Positions 14,967 to 26,749 of a DNA stretch of 64,000 nucleotides are shown here, piece after piece. The DNA is from Sminthopsis crassicaudata. Taxonomy: Eukaryota. A model generated the notes under the pieces. It was not told the DNA's origin, searched no databases, and was given only the letters and a program-made list of their open reading frames with translations. Location: the NCBI RefSeq assembly GCF_048593235.1, contig NC_133622.1:256808055-256872054 (forward strand), in the 5' to 3' direction. The number at the start of each line of letters is the position of its first letter. The first letter of the stretch is position 1. Made by a program: the position numbers and the translations under genes.

Positions 14967-17900
14967 TCAGGGCCCGTTGGCGAGGGCCCTTTGGGAGCAC
15001 CCACAAGCGCAGCAGCCGCCACAGCAGGTGCCCTGGGGGAGCCGGGCAGGAGGAGCTGGAGCCTTCCTCCTCCGCCCACTAAGCAGCTTCCTGGCGTCAA
15101 AGGCGTCTCTCTCATCCCGCAGCCTCCTGTTCAGGTCCCTGTGAAGCAGAGAGAGAACAGGACATCAGCTTGGGGGGGGGGGCACTCTGACCTCAGCTGA
15201 GTGCTAAAGGAATGAGGTGGGGGCCATCCTGCAGACAGAAATCGCAAAGAGGGAGATGGGAGCCATCGAGGCTAAAGAGGGAGGGCAGCGGCAGGGGAGC
15301 CAGGAAGTCAGAGGTGGGGAATTTTTCAGAATCTGGGTCTGGTCCAAGGGGGGGTCTGAAAAAAGGAGCGGTGGAGGAGCCCAGCCAGGCCTCGGTCCCA
15401 GACTGACCTCAGGAGCTCCAGTTGCCGGAGGAGGCTGTGTTTCTCCTTCTGCATGTTCCTAGACACAATGACCACATCCCTGTGGACCAGGGAGCAGGAT
15501 TAGGGAGACGGCGCAGATCTCCCCCTTCGATGCCCTGTGGCTCGTGCCCCTTGGGCCTTGCTGGGTCCCCAGAGATCAGGTCATCTCCAGCCTCCCTCTC
15601 TCCAGGGTCAGAGGCCCCGTAGGGTAGATGCTTGGCTCCTTTCCAGGTAGGGGAGGGAGGGGCAAGAAGAGAAGGAAAGGCAAGGGAAACTGAGGTAGCA
15701 CAGCTGCTCTCAGAATGGGGGCCAAGATCCCGGGGGCTCCCGCCCCCAGGCCCAGAGTCATATTGCGGGACCTGTGCTTCTGCTCCTTCTCAGCCTGGGC
15801 TTCCACTTGCAGCTGCAGCAGCTGCTCCTGAGCCACCTCCAGCTGGGCCCGGCTCTGCTCCAGCTGGGTCCGGAGCTCCTCATTGGCCAGCCAGAGCTGG
15901 GCGTTCTGCACCTGCATCTCCAGCCGCTCCGAGGTCCGCTGCTGCAGCTGCTGCTCTAGCTGGGAGGGAGGAGGGCGGGAGGAAGGCTCAGGCCTGCCGC
16001 CGAGACCCCACCGGGCGGGAGTGGCGCAGGGGACCGGAGGGCTAGGGAAGCAGCATCCCGGACACGGCGTCTGGGCCCTCCTGGGAAGTGCTCCTCTGCT
16101 GTGCTCTCCCAGGAGCCTGATGACCCCTAGCTGGAGTGGGATGGTCCTGCCGTGACCTGATGCTATCCTTGGGCACTCACCTGCCTGCTGGCAGCAATGT
16201 TCCTGGCCAAGGCCCCCCATCCTCCCCCCTGCCCCGTGCCTTTCAAGAGCCTGAGACAGCTTCCAGAACTGGGGAGATCCAGAACGTCTCCTTGGAGGCC
16301 CAGCAAATGGGAGCCCCTCCGTGGCCGAGCCGGTCTTGTCTCCCCCCAGGAGCAATCTCAGAGTCCACAGAGCGATGGGAGCCAGTCCTGGCTCCCAGAG
16401 CCTTCAGGGTGTGGGGAGGGGGGACACAACTCCCTAGTGCAGAGAGGGACGCAGGGGGCTCAAGGACAAGAGGAAAGCTCCAGTGAGGAATTCCAGAGCG
16501 CTGGGCTAGAGACCAGCATCTGAGGGTTAGGAGACTGCTCTGGTCCACTGAGTCGGGAGGAGGCAATGGATGAGGAGCTTGGGCAAGGGCGTCCGGGCCC
16601 TCTGCCACACACAGAACATGGAAGGATTTCTCGATTTGCCTCAATGACAACTTTGTCCTTCAGGTTCGGCAAGGACTTATTAGTCAGCCTGGGTCATGGG
16701 GAATGACATTATTGATCGGCCTGGGTTACACCCATGCTAGTGCTGCAGACATCCCCATGCAAACAAAGCAGCCCAACAGGAAGAAGCTGCCATGGTGGGG
16801 TCGGAGGGTAGATAACAAGGACATATATAAATATAGAGAGAATCAACAGAAAGAGAGGAGACACAAAATGTGCTCCAGGGGCCAAAGGCCCAAAGTGTCA
16901 GGAATTCTTGGCGGTCTGTGGGAGCAAAGAAGGAGAAACCGAGCGTGGCCATTCCTGCCAGCGGGACTGCGTGGCCGCAGGGTGCGGGGCAGAAACAGGA
17001 GATAAATCAAGTTCAGAAACTGCACCCGAGCTCCTGACGGTGGAAAGGCGACAGTCAGTGAAAAGGACCCTCAAAGGAAAGCCCTTCTGAGCAATTAGAA
17101 CCCCCAGCCGCCATTCCCGAGAATGAGCCTATCTCTCCTCCTCTCCCCAGAGAGGTGGGGACTGGGGGGGTACATTCGTTGGCTAATACAGCAGGTCACA
17201 GGTTTGTACTTAATGACTTTTCTCTGTCATAAAGGACACTTAAAGTGGAAGGTAGAAGGCTATATCCAGGACAGACTGAAGGAAGAAAGAAGAAAGAAGG
17301 GGGGAGGAAGAGGAAGAAGACACCGACATGGATCCAAAGGACACTTGTCACCTGGATGAGGTTTAAACATGGTGAAGAGGCGAAAGAAGGAAAGGCGTTT
17401 GGGTTGGTTCATATCTACAGGACACAAAGCAGAGAAGAGAGAAGGAAGACGGTGGAAGAGCTTAGAAGAGCTCTGATCCTGCAGAACAAACTGGGAGGCT
17501 GGCTCCGCTTTCCTGGGCACTTCTGTGTGGGAGGATGCCTGAGGACAGCCACAGGCCCACAGGGAAAAGGGGAGTAATGGAAAGGCCAGGACTCCTCCTT
17601 GGGATGTGGGGGACCGCGATTCCCAACGACCGAAGGGCAGCCGAACTTTTTCATTCTTATCTGGCTCCTGTTTTCTCTGCCAAGAATGGTCCTCAGACTA
17701 GAGCAGGCAAGCCAATGTGGCTGATTGGTTCCTGGTGGGTAGCAGGTGAGGAGAGGAGAATAAAAAAAGACCCAGTGCCATGGATCAAGCAATGAAAGAA
17801 CAGGCCCCGGGAGGGTTCCGTCTCTCCTTCTTCGTCACCCTTGGTGAGAAGGTCACTAAACTGGAGAAGAAGATGGTCCTGAAGTTTAAAAAGGGAGGAA

Positions 17901-20900
17901 GGATGACATTTCCAGAGCTCAGTCGGAACCCTGGCATTATTAAAATTAGTGAATATTCCAAAAAGGAGGCAACGGGCGCCACAAGGTGCCCAGGGAATGG
18001 TTCTGTGGAGACCAGGTCACATCAGAACAACCCGAGTCATCCAAAGCGCAAAGGACACGACCTGCCGATAATCTACCTAGAGTGCGACAAAGTACGTCCC
18101 ATTTCCCGGGACACTGGGAGGGGGGAGAGTGGGGGATGTGGCGAGGCAACGGCATGATTCTGTGAATCCACGAAGCGGGCGGAGTGGCCAGATCCAGAGA
18201 GAGGGCCTCCTGGGCCCTGGCCACCGTGGAGTCACCTCCAGGGAGGGCACTTAAGAACAAAGGCTGCCCGGCCTTGAGCTGTCGGCTTGGATGAAGGCAC
18301 AGAGCAGGGAGCGCCCTAGTGGAAGGCAATCAGAACCAAAAACATGCTGATGAGAAGGATCCTCCCCTGGTCTCCTTGCTCCCCAAGGACAAGCTGAAGG
18401 GAAGGGAGAAGATGGGAGGGGGGCGAGTGCAGCAGAGCAAAACCGAGAGGGCCCAGGGCTGAGAACACCATCGCCATCTCAGGCTAGGAGGAGAGGGGCA
18501 GAACTTGCAGCACCAGGGACGGGCCAATCCAGCGGAGGAGGGCTCCCCTCCCAGCCTCCCCTGGAGCACTGTGCCTAGCTCTGTGCCCCCCAGTTAAGGG
18601 AGGACATCAGTGTGCTGCAGAACCTCCAGAGGAGGCAACAAGGACAGGGAAAGCATGGAGCCCGAGTCATAAGGTGGCCTAAAGGAACTGGGCATTTCAG
18701 CTGGAGGAGAGAAGGCTCGGAGCAGATGGGATGGCCTCTCTGGGCTTCCAGCTTCCCTCCCATTTGTCACCTTCTGCACTGCCCGTGGCCCTGCCTTCCG
18801 GGATGCTCAGCAACCTGGTTTACCACCTGGGCCCCTCTCCACAGGCTTTAGGCCCAGCTCAGGCACCCCCCTTTCAGAAGCCTCTCCAAAAGCCCAAGCC
18901 CAGGCACCCCCGGAGCTGGATCTCTGCTCTTGGTTCTGCCCACAGGGGTCAGGTGTTCTGTCCCCTTGTCCTACAGGCTCCTCACAGGCCAGGGTATCAT
19001 GGAGAGAAGGAAGGGTGAGACTTGTAACTTTGTATCACTCCCAGTTTTGTTCCTTGATATTTTGTTTCTCTGGCTCTGCCCAGGGGGGTCATGTGTTCTA
19101 TCCCTTTGTCCTACAGCGCCCCTCACAGGCCAGGGATACATGATACCCTTGGAGAGAAGGAAGGGTGAGACTTGTAACTTTGTATCACTCCCCATTTGGT
19201 TCCTTGATACTTTGTTTCTCTGGCTCTGCCTTCCCTGGACCCCAGAGCCCTCCAGGCAAGGACTGAGGCAGGCCTGGCTGAGCCCCGGCTTCCTGATTCT
19301 TCCCTGCTCCCTCCATTCTCTCATTAGCACCAAAAGAAAACGGCCTGGGTTCGAGCCCAGGCTCCCACACTACGCAGCGGCTCACCCTGGGCAGGTCTCC
19401 TCAGCTTTCTAACCTTCAGTTTCTCCTCTGGAGAGAACAGTCCTTGCATAACCCACTTGGTTGGTGGCTGTTTTGAAAAAGCCTGCTGGAAAACCTCCAG
19501 AGCTAGAGAAGGGGATGGTGATCTCATCCAGCCCAGCATGAGCTTCGCAAGACCTGGCCCAGATGCCCGAGCAAGGCCCTTCTGGGCCCCATGTGTGGAA
19601 GGTGGGTNNNNNNNNNNNNNNNNNNNNNNNNNNNNNNNNNNNNNNNNNNNNNNNNNNNNNNNNNNNNNNNNNNNNNNNNNNNNNNNNNNNNNNNNNNNNN
19701 NNNNNNNNNNNNNNNNNNNNNNNNNNNNNNNNNNNNNNNNNNNNNNNNNNNNNNNNNNNNNNNNNNNNNNNNNNNNNNNNNGAAGGAGAGGAAGGGAGGG
19801 AAGGAGGGGGGGAGGGAGGTGGATGCTTGCAGCATGGGACTGGACCAATCCTCAGATTTCCAGGGTTGCTGAGACCTCCCCCAAGCAGACTTCAAAGAGA
19901 TGCAGTTTTCCTTGGGCTTTTGAGGGTCAGTGTGGACCTTTGCCCTGGCGGGATGGGGTGAGCAGGGCAGGGACACCCGGGGAGGCGGGAGGGATCCCAG
20001 GGCCACCTAGAGCTCTGATGGTACAGCTGGATTTTGGCATTGGGGATCGTCCCCCACCCAGGGGTTCCGGGGCTGTGTCCACGGAGGGGCGCTCTTGAGA
20101 GATGGCCCTGCCCCCAGGGACGGGCCCCGGCTGGGAGCCCTGGGAAGGTGGTGCCCCACCATGTCCCCATGATCCCCGGCGGCGCCGTCACCTCTCTCTG
20201 GCCGCGGCTGGCCCGATCTAGCTCCTGGTCCCGGTTCTGCAATTCCTGCAGGATGTGACTGAGCCGGTCCTGACGAGAGGAGTCCTGTGGGGGGAGGGGC
20301 AGAAGGTGTCACAGCCCCTGGACCCCGGCACCAGCCTTGTGCCCGGGGAAGAGCTTAAGGGCTGCCTCAGGGAAGGGCTGCTGACAGAGGGCCGGCCCCC
20401 TCCTCCCAGCGCCTGTGACCATGGGGGGCTGGGGGGCGCTGCGGGACACCCCAGACCTGGTTTTGCAGCCGCTCCCGTTCGGCGCAGATCTGCTGCTCCA
20501 TTTCTTCATACAAGCACTGCACTTCCTTCTCGTGGTCGCTCTCGCGCCTGGGGGAGGGAGCCGGAGACCCCGAACCCCAGCAGTTCCCAAGAGCCCCCGG
20601 CCCGGCCCGGGTCACGTCCAGCACCGGGCCGAGTCTCTGCGTGGGTGCTCAGCCACGAGGGCTCCTGGGCCCCCACGCCCACGGGCCCCCCACATGCCCC
20701 ACGCCCACACGTGCCCCCCACACCCACGTGCCCCCCATGTGCCCCCCATGCCCATGCGCCCCCACATACCCCCATGCCCACACGTGCCCCCCATGCCACG
20801 TACACACGCGCCCCCCACATGCCCCACGCCCACACGCCCCCACGTGCCCCCCACGCCCACGTGCCCCCACATACACACATGCCCCCCATGTGCCCCCCAT

Positions 20901-23900
20901 GCCCATGCGCCCCCCACATACCCCCATGCCCACACGTGCCCCCCATGCCACGTACACACGTGCCCCCCACATGTCCCCCATGCCCACACGCCCCCACATG
21001 CCCCCAGGCCCACACGTGCCCTCTATGCCACGTACACACGTGCCCCCCACATGTCCCCCACGCCCACGCGCCCCCACCTGCCCCCACGCACACCCCCCCA
21101 GACACAGCCGGTGTCCGGCCCCCCGGTCACCTGCACAGGGCCTGCTCCACGGCCTCCCGCGCGCGCTCGGCCTCCCCCAGGCAGGAGGACACCTGCACCA
21201 GCACGTCCTCGAAGCTCCCCAGCAGCTCGGGCCGCTCCCTCCGGAGCCTGGCCCACAGGGCTCGCACCTCGCGTTGCCTGTGGGGATGAAGCCGGGGTCA
21301 TGGGGAACACCCCGGGGCCCCTCCCCCCAGGAGCCGGCCTCCAGAGCCCCCCAGCGCTGCGCCCTCGGCCGGGCCCCACCCTCACGGTCTGTGGGTTGTG
21401 GCTGCCTGGGGTCCAGCCCTGGGCGAGAGGGGGAGACAGGTCAAGCCCGGGAAGAGGGTCCCGCAGAGGGAGCTCCCTGACTGAGAGCCCCTTCACCTGG
21501 AGGCACAACCAGCAGAGCTGAGAGGGACCGTCCCCGGCCCCAGGGAGTGCCCCCCAATAAAGCTCCCCTCCGTCCTACCCCCTCCTCCCACCCCACCACC
21601 CGCTGACTTCTGCTGCCTCAGAGGGCCACCGAGACCCCTGGATCGTTGCTAGCGGCCTTCTCTGAGCCACGCTCTCTCACCGAGCCCCCTCTCCCCCTTT
21701 TCCTCTGGCTCGAGGTTCAGTCTGCCAAGATCTGAGTCCTCCCCTCCACCTGCTCCCTCCTCAGGCCCTTGGGCACCAAGACCTCCTCCCCTTCAGCCGG
21801 GGGGGCCCAAGCCCGGCTCTTTCTGGAGGCCGGTCACCCACCGCCACACGGCCTCACCCTGGCCATGGGCTTCTGTCCCGAGCCAGAGCAAGGCCCCACC
21901 TGGCTCCAGGTGCCCACAGGAAAGGCCTCCCTTACTGCAGGGCCTGAGAAGGGGAAACTGAGGCAGATCCAGGGCTCTGGGCCTGCTGCCTGTGTCTGGG
22001 GGAAACTCTTGCATGGTTCCTGTATCTGAGGGGGGGGTTTCCAGCATGGTTTCTGTGTCGGGGGGGGGCTTCCAACATGGTTCCTGTGTCTGGGGGGGGG
22101 TTTTTTCCAGCATGGTTCCCGTGTCTGGGGGGGGGTTTCCAGCATGGTTCCCGTGTCTGGGGGGGGGTTTCCAGCATGGTTTCTGTGTCTGGGGGGGGGT
22201 TTCCAGCATGGTTCCTGTGTCTGGGGGGGGGCTTCCAGCATGGTTTCTGTGTCTGGGGGGGGGTTTCCAGCATGGTTCCTGTGTCGGGGTGGGGTTTCAG
22301 CATGGTTCCTGTGTCTGGGGGGGGGGGTTTCCAGCATGGTTCCTGTGTGTGGGGGGGGTTCCAGCATGGTTCCTGTGTCTGGGGGGGGTTTCCAGCATGG
22401 TTCCTGTGTCTGGGGGGGGGCTTCCAGCATGGTTTCTGTGTTGGGGGGGGGGTTTCCAGCATGGTTCCTGTGTCTGGGGGGGGGCTTCCAGCATGGTTCC
22501 TGTGTCTGGGGGGGGGTTCCAGCATGGTTCCTGTGTCTGGGGGGGGGGTTTCCAGCATGGTTCCTGTGTCGGGGGGGGGGCTTCCAGCATGGTTCCTGTG
22601 TCTGGGGGGGTCCAGCACGGCTGCCTATCATGGAGATTTCTGAGTGCAATTTGGGCCTGCAAAGGCACATGTGGTGGGAAATGATACCCAGGCACTTCCG
22701 CAGACATCCCTGAGCAAGCACAGGCGTGCTCATGGGGCACGGGTACACGTGTGTGCACACAAACACCCCACATACAAGCGCACACAAACACATGTGCCCA
22801 CCTCCCACTCCCACACGGGAAGCAAACTCTGGCGCCTGGAGCCCACCCCCACGGGGCTTCCCTGAACAGCCCCTGCGCCCTCAAGGCCCAGACCCAGCTC
22901 CCGAGAGCCAGGCCGCCCCAGGCCCAGACTCACTCGGCCAGGATGGGGGCGGCCCCCAGCTGCTCCATGGTGGCCCCAAAGCCGTCCTCCTCGGCCGCAG
23001 CCTCCTCCTCCTCCGGGGCCCCGAGCCCCGGGACCCAGCCCGACTCAAAGGTCTCCTCCTGGGGCCCCGAGGGGGGGGCGCTCCCCGGCATCTCCGCGCC
23101 CACAAACGATCCTGTGGAGACGGGGGCCAGAGCATCGTCCCGGACTCCCCGCCTCCCCCCCTCCCCCCCTTCAAGCACTCCTGCCCAGCTCCCAGCGGCC
23201 CTGTGCACATCCTGCACCCCCACCCAAGTTTCCTGTTTTTCCGCCCTGTTCTCCAGCCGGGAACCAGAGGAAGTCGGGCCCTTCACCCTGAGACGGGGTG
23301 GATGCCTGGGTCTCCTCAGGGCCCGGGGGAGGCAGGAGGAGCCCCAGTAGATGCCGGAGGCACAGGGAGCCGGACCCACCAGGCTCTCCTTTGCTCAGAT
23401 TCGGAACAGGGAGACCCCCAGTCCCATCCTCAGGGACCTCCCTCCGGGCCACCCAAACCCCCAGCTGGGGAGGCTCAGCCCCATCTCCTAGGCAGGAAGG
23501 CTCGCAAAGGCTGGGTGCCGCTCTGGAACGGGCGTGCCACGCAGTGCCCTCGGGTGCCACAAGCACGGATCCCCGTGCGGGTGCCCACCCAGGTGCCAGG
23601 TGCTCCCTCACCGAGGCCCATGCTGAATTCTCGGGGGGTCAGGAAACCCGCGTGCCCTCGGTCCAGGCTCTCAAACACAGACTCCAGCTGCTCCCGGGTC
23701 AGGGGAAGCTCGTTCTGAAGCCTCTGGGGAAGAGAGGCCGAGCTGGTGAGGGCCAGAAGGGCCGGTGGGCGTGGGGCCGGGGCGGCCGGGCTCCCCCTCA
23801 CCTGCAGGTCCGCCTTGGTGATGAAGCCCTTGGCCTCCTTGTCACAGAGGAAGAAAAGCTCCCGGGCCTTCTCCAGCATTTCCCCGGGGTCTCCCCCCGA

Positions 23901-23975
23901 CATGGCCGCGCCCGGGGGGTGGGGGGCCTCCTCCGGCCGGTCGTCTCCTTCTTGGGCCCCCCCCCGGCCGGCCAT
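14967..23975 (-). CDS. CRACR2B: Calcium release activated channel regulator 2B (EFCAB4A); exons 23975-23802, 23723-23612, 23111-22934, 21277-21131, 20547-20457, 20284-20192, 15959-15772, 15479-15408, 15138-14967; 408 aa
   Basis: EF-hands ([19 protein letters not shown]; [18 protein letters not shown]), coiled coil ([20 protein letters not shown]; [24 protein letters not shown]) and Cys-rich tail (TCCGGCCACGC). Phases are consistent. Minus-strand AATAAA at 14625-14630. Confidence 0.92.
16560..18730 (+). mobile_element. Degraded CR1/L3 LINE relic in CRACR2B intron 6
   Basis: Degenerate CR1-ORF2-like segments (LNDNFVLQ-like near 16640, [15 protein letters not shown] near 17640, EKVTKLE and IIYLECDKV at 17845-18090) and an L3-like 3' stretch (ccagaggaggcaacaagg...aaggaactgggcatttcagctggaggagagaaggctc, 18625-18720). 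Frames are broken; identified from recall. Confidence 0.6.
18940..19225. repeat. About 150-bp imperfect direct tandem duplication
   Basis: ggagagaaggaagggtgagacttgtaactttgtatcactccc occurs at about 19001 and about 19151. Confidence 0.85.
19340..19445 (+). mobile_element. MIR/CORE-SINE-like fragment
   Basis: cctgggttcgagcccaggctccc...ccctgggcag...cttcagtttctcctctg resembles the CORE-SINE consensus. Confidence 0.5.
20683..21095. repeat. C/A-rich short-unit tandem repeat in CRACR2B intron 4
   Basis: Repeating ccccacatgcccc/cacgtgccccc units. Confidence 0.9.
21992..22618. repeat. About 30-bp minisatellite (about 21 copies) in CRACR2B intron 3
   Basis: Unit (g)n-ttccagcatggttcctgtgtct, with a variable G run and no spacers. 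Confidence 0.95.
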
Positions 23976-24040
23976 GCTGGCACCTGCTGGGGGATGGGAG
24001 ACAAGTCAGCACCGCCACCGCCTCCCCTCCCACGTGCACA

Positions 24041-24043
<3 letters not shown>

Positions 24044-24079
<36 letters not shown>

Positions 24080-24140
24080 ACTTACCACGTGCACAGATCT
24101 GGCACACATGTTCACCCACACTCACTCACACACACACAGG
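24044..24140. repeat. (CA)n microsatellite
   Basis: Direct CA run upstream of the first CRACR2B coding exon. Confidence 0.9.
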
Positions 24141-25224
24141 CACATTAGGCATCCACATCAAGCCCCTGTGGGGACAGGACAGTCTGCTCCGGCCTCCTCC
24201 TCCCTTTTCCCACAATCCACTTGAAGCCTCCCCCCCCTTCGGCCCCCAGGATGTGCCGATTCCTCTCCTCTGAGCCCCTGCACCCGGCAGGTGAGAAGCA
24301 GTGGCAGCTCAGGCCCCATTAGGCCCGGAGCCTAACCATAGGGCTCTGAGAAGGCAGAGGCCGGCTGGGCTGGAGCTCGGGAGGGAGGCTGGGGCCTTGA
24401 AAAGGAGCAAGTGAGATCTGGAGGAGCACAGAGGAAGGATGGCAATGGGAGAAGGGGAGAAGGAGACGTGGTTGGGGGGAAGGTCCGGAGAAGCACGAGT
24501 GGAAGTGAGACAAAATGATGAACCCTGGCTTTTCTTCTGGGCCTCTAAGAGGGAGCCTTGGAAGGTTCTTAGAGACAGATCCAGGGGGCTGGGCTAGCTG
24601 CCTAATTAGGGGGTGGATTACCGAGGAGGAGAGGCCGGAGGCAAGGAGACCTTTGAAGTCTCTCACAGCTGACCTGGCCGGTGAAGAATCCCCAACCAAG
24701 GTGAGCTGATGGAACATCAGAAACAAAAGCCAGAGAGCAATCTGGGAGGAAGGCGAGCAGTCCAGCACTGATGGCGGGAGGCCTGTGGCGGGCAGAGGCA
24801 GTGGGGAGGAAGAGGACGAGCCTGTCTGGACTGGGAAGGTCCCCTCCTGCTTCCTCCTCCCTCTTGCTCTGGGCTGGGGGAAGAGGCCCGAGGTGAGGGC
24901 TCCGGGGCAACAGGAGGGACCTTCAGGCCAAAAGCCTGGAGCTGGGGAAGCAGAGGAAAGCTGGCCACAGGGTCCAGAAAGAGAGGAAAGAGAAAAGGGG
25001 AGCGGACTGGAGGAGCAATGTGGGAGGCTCCAGTGGGTGAGGAGGATGGGGTGCAGCAGGAGCGCAGCCAGGTCCAAAGAGGGGGACTGGGCAGTAGCTG
25101 GGGGGGCAGCGCGTGTCTGAGGACTACAACGTTTCTGTCCCGTCACCTTTGCCTCCCTCCGCAAGGGTGTACGGCCCCGCTCACACTAAATATGGAATGG
25201 AGAAAAGGGGAACCAAGGAGGAAG

Positions 25225-25520
25225 GAAAAGATGGACAAAGGAGGAGCCGGGGAGGAAGGAAAGGATGGAGAAAGGTGAAGGGGAGACAGGGAGGAAGGAA
25301 AGGATGGAGAAAGGTGAAGGGGAGACAGGGAGGAAGGAAAGGATGGAGAAAGGTGAAGGGGAGACAGGGAGGAAGGAAAGGATGGAGAAAGGTGAAGGGG
25401 AGACAGGGAGGAAGGAAAAGATGGACAAAGGAGGAGCCGGGGAGGAAGGAAAGGATGGAGAAAGGTGAAGGGGAGACAGGGAGGAAGGAAAGGATGGAGA
25501 AAGGTGAAGGGGAGGAAGGA
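25225..25520. repeat. About 39-bp purine-rich tandem repeat
   Basis: aaggatggagaaaggtgaaggggagacagggaggaagga repeated about 6 times, with variants. Confidence 0.9.
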
Positions 25521-26749
25521 GAGGGGAAAGGAGACAATGGAATTAGGAAGGGGAAGAAGGGAAGGAGAGGATGGAGAAAGGGGAGAGGGACCGGGAGGGA
25601 TGGGAGACAGGAATGGGGGAGAGGGGCTGGGGAGGCTGGGAGAAGGGACTGCACCGTCCCCCGACAGCCTTTGGCCACAGCCAGGGAGCCGGCCTTGCCG
25701 AGGAGACTTCCCTGGGACCCTTGGAGTCGCCTCTTTTTCAGACTCCCCAGGTGCTCAGGGAATGGGGTGAACGTGGGCCCCGGAGGCCGCCTTGGAGCAG
25801 AGCCACGGCTCCATTGGCTGGGAGGGTCCGGCCTGGCCACAGCCCCTCCCTCGAGGCCACGGAGGAGCCAGGTGCTGCACTCTCAGGCCCGGCCAGCTGT
25901 GCCAGGTGGGGACCAGCGCTGCCCATCTCCCCGGACACAAAGCGAGGAAAGGGTTAAGGAGCCATTTGGACACCTTGGGCCAACAGGGAGGGGCCGTTCA
26001 CGTGGTGATCTAATCGCTTTAATATCAGGACCTCCCAGAGGCCGGAGAACACTGGGCCCTGCCCTGGGGGAGAGCTGGTGCCAGCCCCCACCCCCATCCC
26101 GTGGGCAGCTGCGCCCCGGCACCCCTCAGCCCCCCCATTTCTGGCAGTCCCGGAGCCATTTGCAAGGCAAAGATGGGGCCCGGGATCCCAGCGGGAGAGC
26201 AGTAACTCTACCCGGCCATCCCTCCGGCCTCCCCCATTCTGCGGCCTGGGAGGCCCCGTGACTCACCTCCAACCTCCGTCCCCAGCTCAAATCTCAGCCC
26301 AAAGCCCCACGGGGGGGGGGGGGGGGGAGGGGGGCAGACCTTGGGGCTCCAGCGCCCGGCACTGCCAGCCTCAGCTGTCCCAGAGCCGCAGGGACTCAGC
26401 GGCTCCCCGGGGCTCCCAGAATTCGGACCCCCTCCCCTCTCCTGCAGGTGCAGGGACCCCAGTCTCCTCTGGGCCGTTGTTGCTCCCAGAGCGAATGAAG
26501 GCTCCGGGATCCTCTTCCTCTCCCGCAGGTGCCTTTGGGCGGCGCCCTGGGCCGCTCCGCACCTGTCACTGCAGGTGGGAGGCAGAAGGGAGGGAGAGCA
26601 CCCCCTCCTCGCATTCCGCCAGGGGAGGCTCCAGGCCCCAGGGAGGCGGGAGCCCAGGAGGGAAGGCCAGGTAGGGAGGTGTCCGTGTTCCTTTTGCTCC
26701 GGCTCCTCTCCCCCCTTGGATGGAGGAGGGGAGGGGAGAGAAGAAATGG

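Noticed and set aside
17535-18157. Short ORFs initially suggestive of retroviral gag
   Set aside because: The motifs fit degenerate CR1/L3 ORF2 better, and no capsid motif, zinc knuckle or paired LTRs were seen.
21992-22618. CRISPR-like regular repeats (also 36187-37072)
   Set aside because: There are no unique spacers and no cas genes, and the context is eukaryotic introns; these are minisatellites.
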